64,000 nucleotides of DNA from Octopus sinensis (taxonomy: Eukaryota): positions 112,406,001 through 112,470,000 of the forward strand of contig NC_043001.1 in assembly GCF_006345805.1 (NCBI RefSeq), read 5' to 3'. Below the pieces are notes generated by a model that saw only the letters and a list, made by a program, of their open reading frames with translations, did no database searches and was not told where the DNA came from. Below, piece by piece: positions 1 through 9,945 of the stretch. A program made the translations under genes and the position numbers. How positions within the stretch are numbered: position 1 is the stretch's first letter; each line of letters begins with the position of its first letter.

Positions 1-480
1 TGTTTGTAGAGGCCGCAGCCAATGGAGAACAAGCTCGTAGATTTATAAAATCTCTGAAGGAGACCAAACTCAACATTAAGATTGTTGACCACCAGGGAAC
101 TCCGTCAGATCACAACTATGTAGGACGTACCCCTTTGAGAATATCATATGCACCAATGATAACTGCATGGTATGTAGGATTAGCCCTGGCATTAACTGTA
201 GAACTCGAAATGTAGTTTACTGCATAAGATGCATAGAATGTGCTTGTAAAGACATGAACATGACGTACATAGGGGAGATATCTAGGAGCATTACGAACGA
301 CTAAATGAACATCTGAGACAATATGTCGACAAAAGACAGTCCTCCATACTCTATCAAAATGCCAAAGACCACCATGGAGGCAACTTGGGTCAACTTGACA
401 TCCGCATCGTATCCAAGCACCAAAAAGACCCAACACTCAGACAAATACGGGAGTACGTCCTTATAAATGAAACTTCCCCA
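1..480 (+). pseudogene. Penelope-like retroelement GIY-YIG endonuclease C-terminal remnant (frameshifted)
   Basis: Manual translation across frameshifts: ICTNDNCMVCRISPGINCRTRNVVYCIRCIECACKDMNMTYIGEISRS / RLNEHLRQ...HHGG...DPTLRQIREYVLINE. This has the Cys-rich knuckle, VVY..YIG, R..EH and RQI.E motifs of PLE endonucleases. Confidence 0.8.
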
Positions 481-555
481 ATAATTGTGTCTTGGATGGT
501 AGCTTTCTAGGTGCAACCCCACAGTCATTCTTGACCGAAAGAGGTCTCTGCCCTT
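458..555 (+). mobile_element. 5'-truncated SINE/LINE 3' tail (same tail as 48400-48484 and 61510-61585)
   Basis: ttgtgtcttggatggtagctttctaggtgcaacccc...ttgaccgaaagaggtc aligns by eye to ttgtgcctcagagggtaactctctaggtgcaaaccc...ctgaccgaagggggtc at the end of the SINE at 48148. Confidence 0.6.
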
Positions 556-559
556 TATC

Positions 560-567
560 TTTTATAT

Positions 568-647
<80 letters not shown>

Positions 648-671
648 CATATATATCATATATACATAGAC

Positions 672-705
<34 letters not shown>

Positions 706-732
706 TAGACATATTTATATAATATATACGTA

Positions 733-770
<38 letters not shown>

Positions 771-847
771 TATAATATATACATAGACATGTATGTGTGT
801 GTGCATATGTGTATGTGTATGTATGTACATATGTATATATGTATATA
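560..847. repeat. (CA)n/(TA)n microsatellite block
   Basis: Direct reading of dinucleotide runs. Confidence 0.95.
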
Positions 848-990
848 CAGTAAGGATTCGTTTTACGAAAGTAATGTGTTCCAGAAAATCTGGCTGTAAC
901 GGGAAATTCCGTAAGTTGAAACTAATTTTCCTATTGATTTTCATATTATCAAGTGAGACTGCGTTCCGACGGACTTTTTCGGAAGAATAA
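848..990. mobile_element. Tigger/pogo-like terminal region (TA|CAGT...)
   Basis: TA-flanked CAGTAAGGATTCGTTTTACG...CGTAAGTTGAAA...TTTTCCTATTG resembles Tigger-type termini and lies downstream of the minus-strand pogo transposase remnant. Confidence 0.4.
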
Positions 991-1091
991 AAAAAAAAAA
1001 CACATGAAAAGAACAAAGAACAAGTAAGACGGTCACCTTTACATGTAAATAACACTTTCTAAACACACACATGTCAAATAATTAATAATAT

Positions 1092-1430
1092 TAGGGTAAT
1101 AAAAATTTTAGAAATTCTTACTACCAGTGACCTAGCGTGTAGAAAAATAAGTCAATAGACTATATATTATTCATATAAATACAGTGTACATTTAAACACC
1201 TAAGAGGTATCCATTATAGGATTCCTGGCATGCTAGAAGGAACAGCCAAAATCCAAACCACTATTAGGGATAAACTTCGAAGGGAATGAAAAATGAAATA
1301 CATGGTAAATGTTTTTATTTTTCGTTTCCTTCGACGTTTTAGCCCTAATAGGGGTTTGGAATTTGGCTGTTCTTTCTAGCGTGCAAGAAATCCTATGATG
1401 GATACCTCTTATGTGTTTAAATGTACACAC
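1092..1430 (+). mobile_element. Fold-back (hairpin) element with about 85-bp inverted arms plus a unique arm; second copy at 36935-37172
   Basis: tgtacatttaaacacctaagaggtatccattatagg...ctattaggg (1185-1270) is the reverse complement of ccctaatagg...gatacctcttatgtgtttaaatgtaca (1343-1427). Confidence 0.8.
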
Positions 1431-1604
1431 ACATGTACAATACAGACACATAAAAGCACAGAAACATTTCAAGGGGAATACGTTCGGGAATTGATAAGTA
1501 TTGTAATATCGTAAGAGTATGTTCTTACCACAAAAGATGTTCACTACTGTGTGATGGGTGGTGGTGGTGGTGGAATAAGCATTACTGGGAGGATGAGGGA
1601 CAAT

Positions 1605-2210
1605 ATTTATCCTATAGTTCATTATTATCAACATCAGCTTCAGGAGTGAAGAACTCATCCGAAGTTATTGTTTATGACGCATTATCTCTTTGTAGAACTC
1701 GGTATAGGAACTGAGCTCATTGTAAACTGCTCTTGTAATTTCCATGTTACATTCACGATTATTATAATTATCAGCGAGAATCTGCAGTGCTTCCTCTATA
1801 AGTGCCAACTCTTTAGAATTAATTTTTATAGCGAATATAAGTGGTGTAGGTGGAAATATCGTTGTCCCATTTGTATACTCAGCTTGTTCTTTTTCTCATA
1901 GCATCAACCCCTCGTTAGATAATTTTTCTTTCTAGGACACCAGCAATTTAATCACATCATTTTGTATGACTTCTTCAAATGTCGCAATATCTCTTCAAAT
2001 GTCACAATATCTTTCCGAATTTGATGCAGACTTTCTGCTTGAAGAGATCTTTTTAAAGTTGCGGATACATTGGCTGGAGCAAATAAGTTGTATTCTTGAG
2101 GATATGTTCTTCTCTCAGATTATCAGAAAGGTCATCTAAGTGCGCTGTGTAGCTCGGTGCATTGTCTAAAAGAAGGTTCACCAGATTTTATAGACAATTC
2201 TTTTCTTGAA
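1605..2210 (-). pseudogene. Tigger/pogo (CENP-B-like) DDE transposase remnant
   Basis: Minus-strand translation LLLDNAPSY...KNTTYLLQPM matches the pogo LLLDNAPxH...PxNTTSxLQPxD motifs. A Tigger-like helical C-terminus (ALIEEALQILAD...YTEFYKEIMRHKQ) follows. Multiple stops and frameshifts. Confidence 0.75.
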
Positions 2211-2679
2211 CTTAAGACATAAATACACACACACATACACACACGCATATACGAAACACTCATACACACACATGCACACACTCTTATACACACGCTCATT
2301 CACACACAATCATACATACACACATACACCTGTGTTGGTGTACGTGCTGATATCTTTCTAGACAGATTCAAAACTTGGTGAATTGAGAGTGAGGGTAATG
2401 CGGTTTGCATTGGATTAGATGTTAGTAACGGTAGGGATATTATAGGAGTAGTAGTGCTTATATTGTTCTTCCTAATTGTGTTCCTGTGGCTGTTTAGTCT
2501 CAAGTCAGTTCTCATAGACCTACGAACAAAGACATTTTATTCAATTTTTAAAATCCACAACGATATCACATTAAATGTTTTTCGTTAAAGTGAATTGTTC
2601 ATCTATTTCGTACTATATAGTGCCGGGGCTGTTGGTGTTTGTTGGCGTTTGTGTCATGCATGCATACGTACATACAAAC

Positions 2680-2958
2680 AGACATACATACAGACAGACA
2701 TATATACATATAAATAAGAATACATACACAAAGATACATACACATACATACATAAAATCACACCTACATACATTCATACCTACTGACATATATTCATGCA
2801 TAATACATACATACAAGCATACATATATACATACATACATGCATACATACACATATATATACATACACATACATACATGCATACATACATATATATATAC
2901 ATGCATACATACACATATAAATATACATACACATGCACATACATACATGCATACATAC
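2680..2958. repeat. (CATA)n degenerate microsatellite
   Basis: Direct reading. Confidence 0.9.
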
Positions 2959-2959
2959 C

Positions 2960-3670
2960 CACTTTGGAGTGTATGCGTTTGCAATCCAGGAACAGGAAAT
3001 ATCAACCAAGTACCTGATGCATAAAAGGGACAGAAATGCAGGAGAAGCAGTAAAATGTGACAACCGATGGTGACTTTGTGGAATTAACACAGAAGATATC
3101 ACCCACATCATAAGAAGTTGTCCGAAAATGTTATCACGGTTTTATCTACCAATGAGACATGATGTTGTAGCTCGGAAACTATAATGAAATCCGTCGGAAG
3201 GATAACCCCGAAGATAAAGAGATTAGAACTTACAGTGTGGTAGAAGCCATGGTCACTCATAATGAAAAGGAGTACTTGTGGAATGTCGCAGTGAAGACCT
3301 CAATAAAATGCAAGCACAACATACCTGATATAATGATTTGGGATAAAGAAGAGAAATTGTGTACAGTTGTGGAAATTAGCTGCCCAGCGGATGTTAACAT
3401 AAAGCTGAAGATCAATAAAAAAGAGAATACGTACGCTGAACTATTTAGAAATCTGCAGTTACTCTATCCAGATTACAAGTTCCGGTTTATATCTATATAA
3501 TTATTGGGGCTCTGGGGTCTCAAAACCAGAAAGGAGAAAGCTGATTCAAAGACTACAGATGCAAGCCATGAATGATCTCTAAAAATTTGTAAAACTTTCC
3601 AGAAGTTTATCATTTAAGTAATGCAAGAATATCCATGAAAAGACATATATAAAACAAAACATACAAATCT
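2960..3670 (+). pseudogene. R4/Dong-type non-LTR retrotransposon 3' end: CCHC finger, RHD motif and restriction-like endonuclease, 3' UTR
   Basis: Translation YAFAIQEQEISTKY...LCGINTEDITHIIRSCPKM...YLPMRHDVVAR...WNVAVKTSIKCKHNIPDIMIWDKEEKLCTVVEISCPADVNI..K...K...YAEL...IIGALG. Stop at 3615-3617; internal stops present. Confidence 0.85.
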
Positions 3671-3724
3671 GCACATATACATACATACATACTTCTTTGT
3701 ATTGATTTTTATGCAGTTAATTAT

Positions 3725-3928
3725 ATATATATAAAATACAAAATGGGACAAGAACGCAAAATATCCGGACAGTTAGGTGATAGAAAAATGGGACAACAAA
3801 ACATCCAGATAAACGATACAAAGAAAACAAGGACGGATCGTTTGAAGTTTTCTTTCCTCAATCAAGTACCAGATTATCTTCGCAATTTCGGCTGATTATA
3901 CTTGAGATTCCTCCAAACTGGCCACGCT

Positions 3929-3930
<2 letters not shown>
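3725..3930. mobile_element. Unclassified short interspersed element between (TA)n runs
   Basis: Complex 200-bp segment bounded by TA microsatellites on both sides, with the same architecture as the ribozyme-bearing elements elsewhere. No intact ribozyme core found. Confidence 0.3.
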
Positions 3931-3963
<33 letters not shown>

Positions 3964-4010
3964 AGAGAGAGAGAGATAGACAGATATATACTTACATTAT
4001 GTACATTATG

Positions 4011-4042
<32 letters not shown>

Positions 4043-4623
4043 GTGTGTGTGTGCATGTATGTGTATTGCGAGATGATAGTTTTCCAAATCTATAACTATA
4101 GAAATTTGATCTTAGCTAAAACGCAAGTGAGCATTGAGCTACGACGAAAATGTGACTTTTAAATTGTTAACAATTAAAAACTATGCAATCCGATTTTCCA
4201 TAGGAGCGAAATACTTTACAATTTCCGTAAGCGTGAAATATTGTAACCTGAGGTAGCCGTAACGCAAGAAATACCTGATGTATACATATTTCTTAGCAGC
4301 TTCTCGTTGCTGCCTCCTCCTGTGGGGAACAATATCATCGTTAAATGCATGAATTTATTATGTTTCTATGGACGATAACTGATGAGGATTTAGCGACTTT
4401 CTATTTGTGTATTTTCCGTTTGTTCCGTTTGGTAGAACTTCTAAATATTTTTTGATCATTTATGGTAAAAGGTATAAAAACACCCTATCTCCTCGGTGAG
4501 AATTTGTTTCTCCAAAGCAACTCAGTGAATTTGCCTCCAGAAGTTAAAATGTCACAAACATATCTTTAGTAGCCTAAACTTCATTCGTTCCTCCTCACTG
4601 CTGAGTAGCGATAATAATGTTCA

Positions 4624-5022
<399 letters not shown>

Positions 5023-5346
5023 AAAAATAGAGGCTTGGGTGGATAGATTGATGGACTATTAGATGAAGGCATGGATGGATAAGCGGATAACTGGATGACT
5101 GCATAGTTTAATAGCCAGAGAGGTAGACGTTTAGACTGACGGATGGTTGGTCTGAATAAATGACTAGAAAGATGGATGAATTGAAAGTTCGATAAGCAGG
5201 CAGATATTTGGATTGAGGAGGGGTGAATTTAGATATTTAGGTGAATAGAGGGATGCATAATAGATGGATGGAAATTTGAATAGATGACTATATAGTTTGA
5301 TAAAAATGTTGTTCTTTAAAAACTTTGGCTGAAAATGTTTTTAACT

Positions 5347-5567
5347 TACTCTTTTACTCTTTTACTTGTTTCAGTCATTTGACTGCGGCCATGCCGGAGC
5401 ACCGCCTTTAATCGAGCAAATCGACCCCGGGACTTATTTTTTTGTAAGCCCAGTACTTATTCTATCGGTCTCTTTTGCCGAACCGCTAAATTACGGGGAC
5501 ATAAACACACCAGCATCGGTTGTCAAGCAATGCTAGGGGGACAAACACAGACACACAAACACACACA

Positions 5568-5630
<63 letters not shown>

Positions 5631-5793
5631 GACAGGCTTCTTTCAGTTTCCGTCTACCAAATCCACTCACAAGGCATTGGTCGTTCCGAGGCTATAGTTG
5701 AAGACACTTGCCCAAGGTTCCACGCAGTGGGACTGAACCCGGAACCATGTGTTTGGTAAACAAGCTACTTACTACACAGCCATTTCTGCGCCT
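5347..5793 (-). mobile_element. tRNA-derived SINE family A (internal CA/TA microsatellite, GAGTAAAA-repeat tail)
   Basis: Reverse complement begins AGGCGCAG..TGGCTGTGTAGTAAG (A box) ...GGTTCAGTCCC (B box), with central GTGAGTGGATTTGGTAGACGGAAACTGAAAGAAGCC and tail GAAACAAGTAAAAGAGTAAAAGAGTA. At least 9 copies in the window. Confidence 0.9.
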
Positions 5794-5842
5794 ATACTGA
5801 ACAAGATTCAATAAGATGTTTTATTGTCGGAAAGTGGAAAGG

Positions 5843-6095
5843 AAAGGAAAGTTCCTTCTCGTGTCATATTGACTCATAGAGACTGTTTCCCGGTTTTCGT
5901 GGCATATATATTCTCCTCCTGGACGGAACGCCCGTCCGTCGCAGGATTACTCATTTTTACCGAATAAATAGACTGGAGCAACGTGAAATGAAGCGTTTTG
6001 CTCAAGAACACAACGCATCGCCTGATCCAGGAACCGAAACCACAATTTTACAATCATATGTCCAGTACCCTAACCACTAAGTCACACGCCTCCAC
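5843..6095 (-). mobile_element. tRNA-headed CORE-like SINE with GAAAACCGGGAAAC tail
   Basis: Reverse complement: GGAGGCGTGTGACTTAGTGGTTAGGG...GGTTTCGGTTCC, CORE-like GTTCTTGAGCAAAACGCTTCATTTCAC...AAAAATGAGTA, tail ATGCCACGAAAACCGGGAAAC...GAGAAGGAACTTTCC. Confidence 0.75.
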
Positions 6096-6268
6096 CCAAA
6101 GGAAAGACCAGGTGTATTTCTCAGTTTCTATGCATAAAACTTTACAGAATATATTTGTTGGGTGGGTGGGGGATAAAATCTAAATTAAAATGTGAAATTA
6201 AAACATGTTGCCACTGAGCAGTACAGTTTCCTGTACACTGAAATAGGCACATATTTAATAAACACATA

Positions 6269-6690
6269 TACTCTTTTACTCTTTACTCTTTTACTTGTTT
6301 CAGTCATTTGACTGTGGCAATGCTGGAGCACCGCCTTTAGTCGAGCAAATCGACCCCGGGACTTATTCTTTGTAAGCCCAGTACTTATTCTATCGGTCTC
6401 TTCTGCCGAACCGCTAAGTGACGGGGACGTAAACACACCAGCATCGGTTGTCAAGCGATGTTGGGGGACAAACACAGACACACAATCACACACACACACA
6501 GATATATATATATATATATATGCATATATACGACAGGCTTCTTTCAGTTTCCGTTTACCAAATCCACTCACAAGGCATTGGTCGGCCCGGGGCTATAGCA
6601 GAAGACACTTGCCCAAGGTGCCACGCAGTGGGACTGAACCCGCAACCATGTGGTTGGTTAGAAAGCTACTTACCACACAGCCACTCCTGT
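6269..6690 (-). mobile_element. SINE family A copy
   Basis: Near-identical to 5347-5793. Confidence 0.9.
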
Positions 6691-6814
6691 ATAGTCAAAC
6701 ATTTATCTATCTGTCTGCCTATTGTCAGTCTGTCTATCTGTCTATCTGTCTATCTAATTCTATCGATCGATTTGTCTATGCATCCAAATAGGATTCCATC
6801 TGCACTACACACTC

Positions 6815-7290
6815 ATCCATCTATCCATCCATCCCTCCATCCATCTATCCATCCATCCCTCCCTCCATCCATCTATCCATCCATCCATCCCTCCCTTCCT
6901 CCATCCCTCCCTCCATCCCTCCCTCCCTCCCTCCCTCCCTCCATCCATCCATCCATCCATCTATCCATCCCTCCCTCCCTCCATCCATCTATCCATCCAT
7001 CCCTCCCTCCCTCCCTCCATCCATCCATCCATCCATCCATCCATCCATCTATCCATCCATCCATCCATCCATCCCTCCATCCATCCCTCCCTCCATCCCT
7101 CCCTCCATCCCTCCATCCATCCATCCATCCATCCATCCATCCATCCCTCCATCCCTCCTCCCTCCCTCCATCCCTCCCTCCATCCATCCATCCATCTATC
7201 CGTCCAACCTGCTACTGAATTATCCACCATTCACACACCTATCCATCCACACCCTTCATCCATCCATCCATCCATCATCCATCCATCCAG
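6815..7290. repeat. (CCAT/CCCT)n tetranucleotide array
   Basis: Direct reading; polypyrimidine-rich. Confidence 0.95.
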
Positions 7291-7464
7291 CAATCCATCC
7301 ACTTTTGACCTACGCTTCAACCTATCCAACTACCTACCCATCCACCCTTGCGTCCACCCTTTCATCTATTTATCCACATCAATATATGAAAATAATTCAG
7401 AAAGGGATACTTTTATATCTCCTAATAAAGACATCAGCTTGGTGCCAAGACTCATTCATTCCTC

Positions 7465-7556
7465 CTGTAGCGGTGGTAATGGTTGTAGTAGTAGTAGCAG
7501 CAGCAGCAGCAGCAGTAGTAGTGGTGGTGGTGGTGGTGGTGGTGGTGGTGGTAATG

Positions 7557-7600
<44 letters not shown>

Positions 7601-7673
7601 GGTGGTGGTTGGTGGTGGTGGTGGTGGTGGTGGTGGTGGTGGTGGTAATGGTAGTAGTAGTAGTAGTAGTAGT

Positions 7674-7704
<31 letters not shown>

Positions 7705-8120
7705 GTAGTGGTGGTGGTGGTGGTGGTAACGGTAGTAGTAGTAGTAGTAGTGATGGCGGTGGAGGTAGTAGTGGTAATGGTTGTAGTAGTAGTGGTAACG
7801 GTTGTAGTAGTAGTAGTGATAGTTGTCGTTGTTGTAGTAGTAGTAGTGATGGTGATGGTGGTGGTGGTGGTGGTGATAGTGGTTTTGGTGGTGGTGGGGT
7901 GATAGTGGTGGTGGTGATGGTGGTGGTGAAGGAGACTTTAGTAGTAGTAGTAGTAGTAGTAGTAGTAGAAGCGGTGACGGCAGAGGTGCCGGTGGTACTG
8001 GTGGCGGTATTGGAGGTGATAGTTGTAGTGATGGTGCTAGTGCTACTTCTGCTGGTGGTGGTGGTGGTGGTGGTGGTGGAGGTGCAGTTAGCGGAGGTGG
8101 TGGTAGTGGAAATTATTGTT
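7465..8120. repeat. (GTA/GTG/GCA)n trinucleotide low-complexity block
   Basis: Direct reading; the ORFs here are poly-V/G/S artefacts. Confidence 0.9.
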
Positions 8121-8569
8121 GTTGCTATTTCCTTTCCTTTCCTTCCTTCCTTCCTTCCTTCCTTCCTTCCCGTTTTAGCACCAATAAGTAGCGTGCAACA
8201 AGCAGATTAGAGAGAGAGAAAAACCGGCTGCAACTTAAGTGTCGTATTGTGGGCAGTCATTTGATAGCTAAGACGAAGACTCCGATCTTATGGACCTCTC
8301 ATCTGTACTTTACGACCAGCCGACCATAAGGTGACATGACGCTTTACAGTCGTAAAAACTTGAACACGACAGCAAACATGCCAGTAACAATAGTTGTCAT
8401 TGCAACCACAACGATGATGATAACGATGATGATGGTAACGATGACGGCGATGAAGAGGATGACAATGACGATGACGAGAAGGAAAAGAAAAAAAGAAAAA
8501 ATGAAAGTAAGTGGTGGCGGAGTGGGGATGGGGAACTGTGGATAGAAAGAAAAATCCACATCCGAATCA

Positions 8570-8688
8570 AACCATCACCACCACCAAAACCACCACCACC
8601 ACCACAACCACTATCACCATCACCACCTCATCACTTGCATCACCAGTATCACCATTATCACCACCACCACCACCACTATAGCCAGTGC

Positions 8689-8723
<35 letters not shown>

Positions 8724-8910
8724 CCACCACCACCACCACCACCACTACAAACACTATGACCACAAACATATCTACTTCAAACGTCATTATCATCGTCATC
8801 ACCATTATCACTGCTGTGGCCGCCAGCGCTACCGCCGACATCATCACTATCATCATCATCATCATCATCATCATCAACATCAATATCAACATCATGAACA
8901 ACAACAAAAC
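8570..8910. repeat. (CAT/CAC)n trinucleotide block
   Basis: Direct reading. Confidence 0.9.
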
Positions 8911-9124
8911 GACAGTGGTAATAGCGTTTAGAGAGTTTTAAGTGCCATAGGCACAATATTCTATGAAACATTACATATACCTTCGTGTATGTACATTTTT
9001 AGTGGTGATACGTGTGTGTGTGTGCGTGCCTGTGCGTGTGTGTGTGTCTGTGTAAACATGACTATGTTTATAGCTGTCAAACCGTCCAACTCATGCCTGC
9101 ATAGAAGGCGGACGTTAAACGATA

Positions 9125-9157
<33 letters not shown>

Positions 9158-9163
9158 TGATGA

Positions 9164-9192
<29 letters not shown>

Positions 9193-9197
<5 letters not shown>

Positions 9198-9749
9198 AAA
9201 AAATTTTTTTTAAAAATGCAGAATGCTCAAATGAAAGAAAATTTTAATAAAATGAGAAAATGATAAAATATATAAATGTATATTTATTCAACCGGTTTTC
9301 CTCATTGTATGACTTGTCAAGAATATTTGTTTTAAGAAGTTTTTTTTAAAATTAGAAAGGGGAAAAAAGAAAATTGCATTGTTTTGAATTTAACAACACA
9401 ACACAACACATGCTCTTAATCCCTTTGGATCTTAACACCTCAAGGTAATTTTTTCGTAAACAACCATAAAACGCAAGATACACAACGAACTCACAATGTA
9501 TCGGAGAACTTATTTTTTAATTTTTGTACATTTTTATCATTATTCTTTTACAAAAAACAATGCAATCTTCTTATTTTCCCCTTTCTAATTTTTAAAAAAA
9601 CTTCTTAAAACATAAATATTCTTGACAAGTCATACAATGACGAAAACCGGTTGAATAAATATACATTTATATATTTTATCATTTTCTCATTTTATTAAAA
9701 TTTTCTTTCATTTGAGCATTCTGCATTTTTAAAAAAATTTTTTTCCTTA
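9193..9749. mobile_element. AT-rich MITE/fold-back element with about 195-bp terminal inverted repeats
   Basis: taaggaaaaaattttttttaaaaatgcagaatgctcaaatgaaag...gcattgttttg (9193-9385) is the reverse complement of caaaaaacaatgcaat...ctgcatttttaaaaaaattttttcctta (9552-9749). TA at both ends. Confidence 0.85.
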
Positions 9750-9894
9750 CTTATCATTTCTCCACGTGCGGTCAACACAACCCCACCATTTATTGATCTA
9801 TATATATATATATATATATATATAACGGTGCCCTAGCATGGCCACAGCCACAGGGCTGAAACATAGGAGAATTAAAGAATATATATATATATAC

Positions 9895-9945
<51 letters not shown>

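Noticed and set aside
2330-2519. Possible 190-nt minus-strand exon (SMRTDLRLNSHRNT...ARTPTQ)
   Set aside because: The acceptor is plausible but the donor (GTGTAT) comes from a microsatellite, the peptide is unrecognisable, and it lies within a TE stack.
7305-8210. 301-aa ORF with poly-V/G/S
   Set aside because: Trinucleotide repeat expansion; open in several frames, with no splice or domain evidence.
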